Source: Candidatus Sumerlaeaceae bacterium
Lineage (GTDB): Bacteria > Sumerlaeota > Sumerlaeia > Sumerlaeales > Sumerlaeaceae
Length of the DNA stretch: 64,000 nt
Reading direction: 5' to 3'
Assembly: GCA_051003195.1 (NCBI GenBank)
Contig: JBPCLP010000047.1
Location: 32,001 to 96,000, forward strand
A program made the translations under genes and the position numbers. The notes beneath the pieces were generated by a model. The model did not search any database, was not told the origin of the DNA, and saw only the letters and a list, made by a program, of their open reading frames with translations. Shown piece after piece: positions 19,637 through 28,826 of this stretch; positions within the stretch are counted from its first letter, which is position 1; every line of letters starts with the position of its first letter.

Positions 19637-21346
19637 ATGCTCCGTCCCCATACCCGTAGTACGTGGAATCGTTTGCGCCTTACTGCCGCTCTTTCACTCA
19701 TTTCCTCCGCAGCCATCGCCTTCGACCCCGCGGCTGGCGATTTTGCCAGGCCCGCAGGCAACCTCGTTCGCGTAATGACCTGGAACGTGCTGGACAACTT
19801 TATCGCCACACCCGCTCTCGATGCGACTTTCAAGCGAGTCATCGAAGCTGCGAACCCGGACGTCATTTCTTTCCAGGAGATTGACACCAACCTCGCAGGC
19901 TCCGCTTCGGCCATCTCCGCCATGATCAAGGCCCGGCTTGAGACGTATTCGCCTGCATATACCTGGAACGTGTGGGTGGGTTCTTCCGATGGCGACAATC
20001 GCAATGCCCTTTGTTCGCGATATCCCATTTCGCTCACCCGTACTGACACGCTGCCTGCCTCGGATACTCGTGGCGTCACAATGGCACTCGTCGATTTACC
20101 CAATGCCACATTCGCCGCCGATTTGTACGTCATGGCCGTTCACTTCAAGTGCTGTGGAACCACCGGGGTCGGTGGCGATTATCAGCGCCGACAGATCTAC
20201 GCGGATGCCATTACCAACTGGATGCGCGACGCGCGCACGGCCGGCGGCAACATTACCCTCGCTGCGAATACGCCCATGCTTACAGTTGGGGATACGAACC
20301 TCGGGGGAGGCGACGATGGCGACGAGGCGCCGTATCATCCCGCGCGCACAATGCTTGATGGGAGCATTTTCGACACCGCAACGTACGGTGCCTCCTCGGC
20401 GCCCGATTGGGATGGTTCCAATTCCACCGACGCCGCGCCGTACGATTGGAACAACGCACAGCCGCGCACCCACTCCAGCACCACGCCGAGTTCGCGATTC
20501 GATCGCTTTTTTTACACGGATTCCGCCATGCGCCAGGTCGGTGGATGTGTTCTCAATACCAGCACCATGACCGCTGCCGCGTTGAGCGCCTCCGGCCTTC
20601 AGGCCGGTGATACTTCAAGTGCATCCGACCACCTGCCTGCCTTTGTCGATTTCGCATTGGGCGCCGATTCTGCCGCACCCGGCAAGTTGCTGGTGAACGA
20701 ATTCTGCGCAAACGACGTGAGCACGGACGATCGCACGTTCCTGGAAATAAAGAACGTCGGTGGCCGTGAGATCAACCTGGATGCACCCGTCGACTATCGC
20801 CTCAAGCTGTCGAACAGCGCATTGCCGACTACTCCGCCGGCTGCAGAAAACGAGAACTCGGACTTCGACATCAAAGGCATCGTTCCCGCAGGCGGACTCT
20901 TCGTAATGTACAGCAGCACAGGAGACTCCGTAGCCGTCGCGGGCACGATAGTGACTAACCTTCCAAACAAGCTTCAGCGGCACGATTTCGGGAACGTGTT
21001 CTTCCTGACGAATGCAGACAACGTAGCCTTCGCGCTCGTGCAGCAGGGCAAGTCGGATATCAGCACGACGTCCGAGACGGTAGTGGAAGCGTACGGCTAT
21101 GCGGCACCTTCGCCGGGAACAACCAGGTATTTCAGGACCGACAGCGGAAACGCACTGACGATCGCACTCGGTGCTCCGCAATGGACCAGTTTCAATTCGG
21201 GCAGCACAGCATCCGACCTGAGTTTGTCGCGCAATCCCGGCAATACGGTCTCCAGCAATTACGCAGGTTGGACCCTCGGCGCGACTGCCACGCCGGGTCT
21301 GCCAAACGCCGCCCCAACTCGTGTTAATGAGTGGTCGCTCTATTGA
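19637..21346 (+). CDS. Secreted EEP nuclease with lamin-tail-like domain
   Basis: MTWNV, FQEI, HFKCC, GDTN, RFD, SDHLP; then LLVNEF..FLEIKN..ATPGLPN; ends VNEWSLY. Confidence 0.85.
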   Translation: MLRPHTRSTWNRLRLTAALSLISSAAIAFDPAAGDFARPAGNLVRVMTWNVLDNFIATPALDATFKRVIEAANPDVISFQEIDTNLAGSASAISAMIKARLETYSPAYTWNVWVGSSDGDNRNALCSRYPISLTRTDTLPASDTRGVTMALVDLPNATFAADLYVMAVHFKCCGTTGVGGDYQRRQIYADAITNWMRDARTAGGNITLAANTPMLTVGDTNLGGGDDGDEAPYHPARTMLDGSIFDTATYGASSAPDWDGSNSTDAAPYDWNNAQPRTHSSTTPSSRFDRFFYTDSAMRQVGGCVLNTSTMTAAALSASGLQAGDTSSASDHLPAFVDFALGADSAAPGKLLVNEFCANDVSTDDRTFLEIKNVGGREINLDAPVDYRLKLSNSALPTTPPAAENENSDFDIKGIVPAGGLFVMYSSTGDSVAVAGTIVTNLPNKLQRHDFGNVFFLTNADNVAFALVQQGKSDISTTSETVVEAYGYAAPSPGTTRYFRTDSGNALTIALGAPQWTSFNSGSTASDLSLSRNPGNTVSSNYAGWTLGATATPGLPNAAPTRVNEWSLY

Positions 21347-21348
21347 AG

Positions 21349-22086
21349 ATGTTTCGAGTGCGGCCGCTTGCTGCCGCTTTACTTTACGGTTGCTGGTTGT
21401 CGCCGGCGACTGCTCCCGCTCAGCACTCCTCCACATTGTCCACTGCCTCCATATCGTCCATATCGACCACCGCCACTACAACCGCATTCCGCGACGCCCG
21501 CTACCCCGCACACTGGTGGACGCCGGTCCCAAAACAGGGAGCGCCCGACTGGGAGGTATTGCCGCAGGATGCCGGCCCGGGTGAAGTCATTCTCTCCAAG
21601 CGCAATGAGCTCGGGCTGCTGTCAAATTTCACTGCCACCACGTTCACACTCGATGGCCGAACCTACGCCAGTGTCGAAGGCTTCTGGCAGATGATGCTCT
21701 TTCCCGAAGGCCCCGACGATTCGCGCGCAAAAGCTGCCGGACTGGAATGGAAGCACACCCGGGACCAGGTTGCCGGCATGACCGCGTTCACCGCGAAGTC
21801 CGCCGGCGACGCTGCGTGGGACAACATGAAAAAAATGGGCATCGACTGGGTCACCTACCAGGGCCGCCGCATGCCCTACTACAAAACAGGCAGGGCCGAG
21901 CACTACGACGTGATCGTGCGTGCCATGCGCGCCAAGCTCGATCAAAACCCGGAAGTGAAACGCGTACTGCTGGCCACCGGCGATCTTAAATTGCGACCCG
22001 ACCATCATCAGCCGGACGACGCGCCTCCATCCTGGCGCTACTTCGACACCTGGATGCAATTGCGCAAGGAACTGCAGGAAAAGTGA
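21349..22086 (+). CDS. NADAR (YbiA-like) family protein with signal-peptide-like N-terminus
   Basis: LSNF..FTLDGRTYASVEGFWQ..AMRAKLDQNPEVKRVLLATGD. Confidence 0.75.
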   Translation: MFRVRPLAAALLYGCWLSPATAPAQHSSTLSTASISSISTTATTTAFRDARYPAHWWTPVPKQGAPDWEVLPQDAGPGEVILSKRNELGLLSNFTATTFTLDGRTYASVEGFWQMMLFPEGPDDSRAKAAGLEWKHTRDQVAGMTAFTAKSAGDAAWDNMKKMGIDWVTYQGRRMPYYKTGRAEHYDVIVRAMRAKLDQNPEVKRVLLATGDLKLRPDHHQPDDAPPSWRYFDTWMQLRKELQEK

Positions 22087-22126
22087 TCCACGGAAGCTAA
22101 AACGAGCATCGTTGTATTATCACTCA

Positions 22127-22681
22127 ATGGGACCCGCCAATATCTACGAGGTGCTTGAGTCCGCCACGGACGTTGAAACTGCAGAACAGCACCTTCAGCA
22201 GTTGAAGAGTATCCGGCGCACGTTTGCGCAGACGCTCAAGGCCGATGAAAATGCACGGGAGCGTTTCCTGGCAGATCTTGCATCCGTACTGGAAGAGTTA
22301 GAGGACTGGCCTGGAGTTTACCGAGCCTCGCGCGAGCGGCTGAAAATCGTTCGCCCGGCCGCTCGAAGCAATCACGCGCTTGTCTTCCTGATCGCGCAGT
22401 ACCTGGAGTCTGCCCGTCGCACTGTAAAGCCGAAGCCCTATGTTTGCGAACTGCTGGACCAGGTACGATTCGTGGAAGACGTTGCAGTCGAGCCGGTCGC
22501 GGTCGTGGCGCTGCGCCAGATGGTACTCCTTTCGGATTTCAAACTTTGCGGCAAAGCCATCTACATCTTCAAAAAAGTCGCGCGACGCTACGGCATGCCC
22601 GATCTCGCGTTTACACGGGCGTCGGTCGATCAGCTTTTCAACGCATACCGCGAAAAGTACCTGCAGTATCGATGGCAGTAG
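22127..22681 (+). CDS. Hypothetical helical protein
   Basis: Long ORF following NADAR on the same strand. No recognised motif. Confidence 0.55.
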   Translation: MGPANIYEVLESATDVETAEQHLQQLKSIRRTFAQTLKADENARERFLADLASVLEELEDWPGVYRASRERLKIVRPAARSNHALVFLIAQYLESARRTVKPKPYVCELLDQVRFVEDVAVEPVAVVALRQMVLLSDFKLCGKAIYIFKKVARRYGMPDLAFTRASVDQLFNAYREKYLQYRWQ

Positions 22682-22929
22682 TGCAGTTCTTCGCGTCTGA
22701 TCCACCCTCGCGCCAGATCAGCCGCACTTGTGCGGCGAGAGAGCGGCGATGATACGCGCATCCTTTCGCGCGTATCGTTCATCGCTGCGAGCAATCAACG
22801 TCCGCCCGGCTGGGCGTGCCGCACCGTACAACCCGGACATTTCCTTTTACGCATCCCCTGAGAATTTGCCAGGTTTCGGAAGAGTTCCGGAGCTGCCCCC
22901 AGAACTTAATTGGTCAAACGTCCCCGAAT

Positions 22930-23031
22930 TGTTTGGTCTTCTTCATCAATAAAAAGCGAGGCCGCGCGCTACCAATATCAGCTCGTGACATGGATGCTTC
23001 GGAGAGGAAATATTATGAAAAGCACCGCTAA
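22930..23031 (+). pseudogene. C-terminal remnant of a BrnT-family toxin
   Basis: LVFFINKKRGRALPISARDMDASERKYYEK (ISAR..ER motif). The upstream in-frame sequence does not look like BrnT. Confidence 0.65.
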
Positions 23032-23284
23032 GCGAAAGTATCCTTTGCCAGACTCCTTCGAGTCGGTACGCGAAGCGGGTGCGTTCTGGGACAAGCACAG
23101 TCTTGCCGACTACCAGGACGACCTGAAGCCGATTCCATTCACCGCGCAAATCAAACGGCGACATTTCGAGATTGAAATCGACGAGGAAAGCTTCCTTATC
23201 CTGCGCCGGCGCGCTTTAAAGCAGCGCAAACCCGTAAAGCAAATCGCCAGTAAAATACTAAAAGAGAATCTCGGCGCAAGCTGA
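23015..23284 (+). CDS. CopG/BrnA-like antitoxin
   Basis: LPDSFESVREAGAFWDKHSLADY plus RHH-like C-terminus. GAGGA RBS; overlaps the toxin remnant. Confidence 0.8.
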   Translation: MKSTAKRKYPLPDSFESVREAGAFWDKHSLADYQDDLKPIPFTAQIKRRHFEIEIDEESFLILRRRALKQRKPVKQIASKILKENLGAS

Positions 23285-23608
23285 TGTGATTCCAATTGGT
23301 ACTGATCGTCGCAGGAAAAGTCCCTGCCCGATGTTCACCGCACTTGACCAACCTTGTCCTCCGTCAATACGTCAGCCATGAACTGGTTCGAAACAGCTTC
23401 CGAGCTATCGCCGGTCGTTCTTCGCGGCGACAATCAACGTTCAGTACTACGGGGGCAGGTATATACCAGTTGTGAAGGGCGGGTCTGTTCCCTGGCGTAC
23501 CCTTGAGGTGGGCTAAGTCCAATAAAGTCGAAAAAGATTTTTGGGCGAACGTGCGATGGTGCGTGCCGGCAACTCCAGGTAGCTGTCTCGCGACACCCGT
23601 TCACCCCC

Positions 23609-23704
23609 CGAGCGACGCCCCACTCGCCGCCGACGACTCCGATTCGCATCTGTATTCCGCAATCCGCAATCCGCACTCGAAAAGTACTCCGCAATCCGCA
23701 ATCC
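23609..23704. repeat. Segment homologous to 29701-29848, with TCCGCAA heptamers
   Basis: CTCGCCGCCGACGACTCCGATTC..GCAATCCGCACTCGAAAA aligns with CTCGCCGCAAACGAATCCGATTC..GCAATCCGCACTCGAAAA. Confidence 0.7.
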
Positions 23705-23856
23705 AAATGAGGCGCACGCCCCATCCGATCCTATGCACGCGCCCAGCGAATCACTGCTCCTCGAAAGCGTGGAAAATAGACCCATATCCGCGCTAAAAAT
23801 TGTGGGAAAGTCAACCGGCCCCGGTTAGTCGGTCCCGGTTAGTTCCAATCACTCAC

Positions 23857-24417
23857 TCAGCACACCTCCGCCTCCCGCACCGGCAGCCTCCCAAACAGCC
23901 GCTTAGCTTCCTCCACGCTCATGTGCGGCTCACTCCAGCGCGCCTCCCAGCCCCGCTTTACCTGGATGCACTCCAGCTTCGGCCGCTCCCGCAGATAGTG
24001 CCAAAAAGTCACGCGAATCCACAGCCATCCGTCCTGTCGCTCTGGCGCGATCCTATGCTCCGCCTCCCAAAATTCCTCGGGATGCTGTACCCGCTTGCCA
24101 TCCACCTCCATCGGCGGAATCAGCAGGTGCAGCAGCTCATGCTTCAGGATCATCGAGAAAACCTCCCGCGGTGTGTCGGGGTGGTTCAGGATGTTGTGGA
24201 TGTAGATCGTTGCCTGCGGCGATCCCTCCCGCGTGGTGATACACGCAAGCGTCGGCTGCCGCACAAACCAGGTATCTACCTCCGTCGCTAGCTCCGGGAA
24301 ATGCTCACGGCGAATCTCCGCAAGCATCGCGACGAGGTCCCACTTGATCCATGGGATAAACGGCTGCGCACGCATCCGCTCCAGCTTCTCCAGCATGCGA
24401 CCATCGGTGATAATCAT
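23857..24417 (-). CDS. SprT/M48(YgjP)-like zinc metallopeptidase-domain protein
   Basis: IYIHNILN..ILKHELLH (HExxH)..HPEEFW. Confidence 0.7.
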   Translation of the reverse strand: MIITDGRMLEKLERMRAQPFIPWIKWDLVAMLAEIRREHFPELATEVDTWFVRQPTLACITTREGSPQATIYIHNILNHPDTPREVFSMILKHELLHLLIPPMEVDGKRVQHPEEFWEAEHRIAPERQDGWLWIRVTFWHYLRERPKLECIQVKRGWEARWSEPHMSVEEAKRLFGRLPVREAEVC

Positions 24418-24905
24418 GAAGCACTCCGTCGCTCCAAGCGACACTTCCTACCGAAGTCCCGACCTTACTACAGAGCTACTTTGAGCGGCTTGGGAATCTA
24501 AGGATCTTCTGTTCATACGGCAGGCCTAAAACACAGTTTCAAGAAGTGATGGCATCGATGGATCTGTCTCACCGCTCAGTATCCACCCGTTCCTCCAGCG
24601 GTCGTCACCGAAGTCGCCGGTGTACAAAGTGAAAAAGGTGGATCTAGATTATTTTGGAGAGTAATGATTAACCTGTCACCGCATTTTCGTTTCTAGATGT
24701 TGTACCTTTGGCCTTGATTGTAGCCTATATGTAGTACGTCATCCAATGGTGCTAGTGCTTGGGTAAGCCTATTCACAACCCAAGCTGCATGAAAGCAGAA
24801 CGTTAGTTCTATATTGACAGCCGAGCGACGCATGAACAAGTACAGCTCTGAATTGAACAGCAGCTCGTACTCGAACTGCTTGCGACGTGGGGAAAGACTG
24901 ATGCA

Positions 24906-25601
24906 ATGGCCAGAAAGATGCAGCCCCTCACAACTGAGCGACTGTCTGTCATTCAGGTTCCGGAACTGGCCGCACGCGGATATGAAATTCACGAATGGAA
25001 GCATGCCACCGCGATTTTGCGCACGGACTTTCCAGAAGAGTGGCAGGACATAGCGAAGGTGATGAATGACTTTTCTTTAAGGAAAAGCGCCGTGGTCGCC
25101 GAGGGCGGCGGAAAAACTAAAGATATCGCAGGCGTCATTGACGCAGCCTTCACCACACGCGGTTGGCGAGAAAAGGGCTTCGCCACGAAGGTCGTTGTGG
25201 ATGAACACGAAATGGACAGCCCAACCCACAAAGTCGATTGTTACAAAAACCGTGTCGCACTTGAATTAGAGTGGAACAATAAGGATCCGTTCTTCGACCG
25301 CGACCTTAATAATTTTCGCCTGCTATTTGACCTGCGGGCAATAAGCGTTGGCATCATCATCACTAGATGTGACGAGCTCCAGGATATCTTCGATGGACTC
25401 TACGTGACCGATTCGAAGCGGGAGGCGGTGAAGCAGATTGGGAAAAAGTATGGGCCATCTACAACGCATCTTTCGCGGCTGCTGCCCCGTATAGAAGGCG
25501 GAGGCGGCGGGGGTTGCCCAATCCTGGTAATTGGTATCTCAAAAGCTGTATACGTAGAAGACGTTCAAGGTTACTCAAAGGACATTCCAAATGCAAGCTA
25601 A
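24906..25601 (+). CDS. BglII/BstYI-family type II restriction endonuclease
   Basis: GGGK..GWRE..THKVDCYKNRVALELEWNNKDPFFDRDLNNFR..GGGGGCP. Confidence 0.85.
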   Translation: MARKMQPLTTERLSVIQVPELAARGYEIHEWKHATAILRTDFPEEWQDIAKVMNDFSLRKSAVVAEGGGKTKDIAGVIDAAFTTRGWREKGFATKVVVDEHEMDSPTHKVDCYKNRVALELEWNNKDPFFDRDLNNFRLLFDLRAISVGIIITRCDELQDIFDGLYVTDSKREAVKQIGKKYGPSTTHLSRLLPRIEGGGGGGCPILVIGISKAVYVEDVQGYSKDIPNAS

Positions 25602-26289
25602 CGCGCCGTCGCCAGCCGAGGAATTGCTGCTGCTGCCAAAGAAGCATTTTCGCACCATTCTCGCAGATCCACCATGGCAGTTTCAAAACCGCACCGGCAA
25701 GGTTGCGCCCGAACACCGGCGCTTGAATCGCTACAGTACTATGAGCCTGAAAGAGATCGAAGGACTTCCCGTGGAACAGCTGGTGGCCGAACCGGCGCAT
25801 CTCTACCTGTGGGTTCCGAACGCGTTGCTGCCGGAGGGCATCCGGGTTCTCCGCGCATGGGGATTCGATTACAAATCTAACATCGTTTGGCATAAAGTGC
25901 GAAAGGATGGCGGCCCCGATGGCCGTGGTGTTGGATTTTATTTCCGTAATGTGACGGAGCTGATCTTATTCGGAACGCGCGGCAAGAAGGCACGAACACT
26001 TGCGCCGGGACGCAGTCAGGTAAATATCATCAAGTCTATGAAGCGTGAACATTCACGCAAACCGGACGAGCTGTATGATATAATCGAAGCTTGCAGCCCG
26101 GAACCTCGGCTAGAGCTGTTCGCACGCGGAGCGCGGAACGGTTGGTCGGTTTGGGGAAACCAATCACAAGAATACTACCCAAGTTGGCCGACGTATGCCA
26201 ACCATTCGCGCTCACATGAGGAAAAGCCTCGCACCGGCCCAGTGCAACTAGCATGCGAGCTTGCTGAACGGGCTGCGTTTTACGGCTAG
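25591..26289 (+). CDS. MT-A70 family DNA adenine methyltransferase
   Basis: ILADPPW, HLYLWV, WGF.YK, REHSRKP, LELFAR. Overlaps the endonuclease gene by 11 nt. Confidence 0.9.
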   Translation: MQANAPSPAEELLLLPKKHFRTILADPPWQFQNRTGKVAPEHRRLNRYSTMSLKEIEGLPVEQLVAEPAHLYLWVPNALLPEGIRVLRAWGFDYKSNIVWHKVRKDGGPDGRGVGFYFRNVTELILFGTRGKKARTLAPGRSQVNIIKSMKREHSRKPDELYDIIEACSPEPRLELFARGARNGWSVWGNQSQEYYPSWPTYANHSRSHEEKPRTGPVQLACELAERAAFYG

Positions 26290-26326
26290 CGAGCTAAATA
26301 GTAACGCTAATCTGCCGGATGTTGAT

Positions 26327-26375
26327 TTGCTCTTTACAGAAGATCGCAGTACGATAGATCTAAATGATTAAATCT
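26327..26375 (+). promoter_or_regulatory. Sigma70-like promoter plus inverted repeat upstream of HEPN-DGQHR
   Basis: TTGCTC (26327-32), 17-nt spacer, TACGAT (26350-55); then AGATCTAA-ATGA-TTAAATCT (7/8 inverted repeat). Confidence 0.5.
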
Positions 26376-26391
26376 CTTTAGAGGCCCCATC

Positions 26392-27201
26392 ATGGCGGAA
26401 GTCCACCTCCTGACGATCGATGCCGTCCCACCGGCCTTGCATGGCTTATACGGAGACTACAGCATTCGTCCGACCACAAGTGCTGAACGACTTGCAATAG
26501 AAGACGATTTCTTCGAACGCGGGTTGAAGATTTCAGTGCCACGAGGAACAACTTCTATTGTTGTTCCAAAGGTACAGGGAATTAAGGACACAGCTGATTA
26601 TCTTGAATGTATTGAATTTGCGCTAGCGCTGCTTTGTGATGATGGCTTTGCCACGGTTAGTTACAGCAGCTCTTCAGCAGATGCGAAATTTTCCTCAAGT
26701 GCGGAATATCGGCAGTTAACGGGCGAACCGCAATTTGCAGATGCACTGCAGGGAAATGATGTCTCTCATTGGATGGCCGCTTGTATGCAAGCGACCGCAC
26801 GGGAACTTAAGCACGCGCGTATAATTCACAACCGGTATTTGCGCTATATTCGAGCGAGTGACGCGGGCGACGCACTTCTGGACTTGTCCATTTGCCTGGA
26901 GGCTCTGGTGGGTTCGCAAACAGAAATAGCATTTAAGTTCAGCATGCTGCTTACCAAGTGTTTGGGATATAAGGACGATTTAGCGCTCGAAACACAGCGG
27001 CTCTTAAAGCGTCTTTATACAGTTCGCTGCAAGATTGCTCACGGCGATCCAGACGCTGAGAAAGAGTTTAATAAGATTTCTCCAGACTTGCCGGGCATTC
27101 GAAAGCTCTCACGGAAAATTCTAGTAACGTATGTCACGTTTATTGCCGAAAAGACGAGAAGTCAATGGGCCACTCATTTGGAGGAAGTTGCCATAAGATG
27201 A
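26392..27201 (+). CDS. HEPN-domain protein (ApeA-like putative RNase)
   Basis: DLSICLEALV..EIAFKFS..LKRLYTVRCKIAHG (Rx4H). Confidence 0.8.
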   Translation: MAEVHLLTIDAVPPALHGLYGDYSIRPTTSAERLAIEDDFFERGLKISVPRGTTSIVVPKVQGIKDTADYLECIEFALALLCDDGFATVSYSSSSADAKFSSSAEYRQLTGEPQFADALQGNDVSHWMAACMQATARELKHARIIHNRYLRYIRASDAGDALLDLSICLEALVGSQTEIAFKFSMLLTKCLGYKDDLALETQRLLKRLYTVRCKIAHGDPDAEKEFNKISPDLPGIRKLSRKILVTYVTFIAEKTRSQWATHLEEVAIR

Positions 27202-28319
27202 CCAAGAAAGCCACCACCAAGCTGCCCGAATTTACTGTGCTCGTTGGGACATGCCTTGGATTTACCGCGTATCGTGGATATGCACCACTATGTGACTTGG
27301 CGCGGGTTTCAAGGGCAGATATCTTCGATCAGGAGAAGAATCAAACGGGAACCCAACGTAACTTGAGCAAAGACCATGCAATAGATGCGTATAATTACGT
27401 CTCGGGACAGCCGGACGCGTTCTTTCCGGAAATAATTCTAAACATTCGCAACAAGGCCTATGTGAAGCTTGCTCTGCGTCCGGAAGGCGCCAGCAAAGTT
27501 GGGCGTCTTAGCTTCACGAAAAATCCAGAATTGGCAAAGCAGGTGGTCGTGTCACGCTTGGACGGTAATCATAGGCTGTGGTACGCAGACGGTCATGAGA
27601 AAAGTCGCGAGCCAATTACCCGTCCTGTCTCATTCTGTTTCCTCATGCTCGCGAACATTAACGAAGAGCTGGAGGTTTTTCAGGCTATAAACGATAACCA
27701 AAAAGGCATGAACACGAGCCATCTGCAAAACATTAAGGTTCGCTTGGAGGGCGTCGAAAAAATCAAAGCCGAAGATCCTGCCCTTTACATTGCGCAAAAA
27801 CTGCAAGACGACGCTACGAGCCCATTGGCGGGACGTGTGCACCAAGGAGGTGCGATAAAGAAGGGAGCAACCCTCACCGGACTGAATACAGCAAACCTTA
27901 AAGGCGCGGTTCACGATCTACTGACGCGGTCAGCTACAATAACTAATCTCTCGAACGTCGATGCTCAGTACGAAGTTGTAAAGAATTATTGGATAGCGCT
28001 GCAAAATTTTCTGCCTAAAGCTTGGAAGAAGCCTGGAGACTATAGCATCTTTCGCGGAGTTGGCTTATACATGGTAACGTATCTTGGGCGGGAGATCATT
28101 GATCGCTGTATCACCAAGGGAAAATATGAACCCAAGGATATGCTCGGATACCTAAAGGCCCTCCCGCCTCATAGTGCGTTTTTGTCCAGCGGTATCGGGC
28201 AGTATGCAGGCCGCAAAGGGGGAAAGGCATTGGCTGCGGAATTAATCCGTCATCTTGCAAAAGATGGTGAGATAAGCTATGAAACTCTGCAGATGAAAAT
28301 CTTAGGCACAGGGAAGTAA
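27198..28319 (+). CDS. DGQHR-domain (DndB-like) protein
   Basis: GTQRNL..FFPEIILN..RLDGNHRL..FQAINDNQK. ATGA overlap with the HEPN gene. Confidence 0.85.
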   Translation: MTKKATTKLPEFTVLVGTCLGFTAYRGYAPLCDLARVSRADIFDQEKNQTGTQRNLSKDHAIDAYNYVSGQPDAFFPEIILNIRNKAYVKLALRPEGASKVGRLSFTKNPELAKQVVVSRLDGNHRLWYADGHEKSREPITRPVSFCFLMLANINEELEVFQAINDNQKGMNTSHLQNIKVRLEGVEKIKAEDPALYIAQKLQDDATSPLAGRVHQGGAIKKGATLTGLNTANLKGAVHDLLTRSATITNLSNVDAQYEVVKNYWIALQNFLPKAWKKPGDYSIFRGVGLYMVTYLGREIIDRCITKGKYEPKDMLGYLKALPPHSAFLSSGIGQYAGRKGGKALAAELIRHLAKDGEISYETLQMKILGTGK

Positions 28320-28390
28320 CATGCTCGCGGATGCGGGGTAAACGGGAGTCCTGCGGGAGTTCTGGGGTCAGCCCGCAACATTCTTACGAT

Positions 28391-28678
28391 ATCGGGGCGT
28401 AACCCTTTGCGGCCGAGATCGGGCAGGTGAGTTTCCGACACGAATGTCCAATTGCGAATGTTTGCTGTGTCGACGAGCAGGCTTTCAAAAGCCCGGCGCA
28501 AACCGCCTTCATTTCGAACTGAATGGATCCGCAACTCCTGCAAGGTTTGATGATAGCGTTTTATCGCCGGGTGAGCAGCGTGGATGGGCTGCGGCTGTTT
28601 GCCAGCGGGTACTGCATCTGGTGGTGTGGGGATGTTACGGGGCATTAGCGGAGTGGGTGCAACATGCGGCGGTATCAA
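28391..28678 (-). pseudogene. N-terminal stump of a type ISP/IIG restriction-modification enzyme
   Basis: HPAIKRYHQTLQEL..NEGGLRRAFESLL..NWTFVSE..LRPD, after which similarity stops abruptly. Confidence 0.6.
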
Positions 28679-28826
28679 GCGCGTAATGGAGGTAGCTGAG
28701 CGAGGTTGCTAGCTCGCAAGATAATGCAACAGTTCAAAGCTCTGCCATTGCATTCATTTTGACATTTCCTCCTGGCTGAGATAAATGGCACGGCGTTTCC
28801 ATCAATGCGTTTCAGGAGAATCTGTT

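Noticed and set aside
24450..24900. Retron ncRNA or defined promoter upstream of the RM pair
   Set aside because: Small hairpins and a TTGACA are present, but there is no RT gene and no -10 box at the correct spacing.
27198..28319. Dnd phosphorothioation or Dpd system
   Set aside because: No dndACDE or dpdA/dpdC genes in the window.
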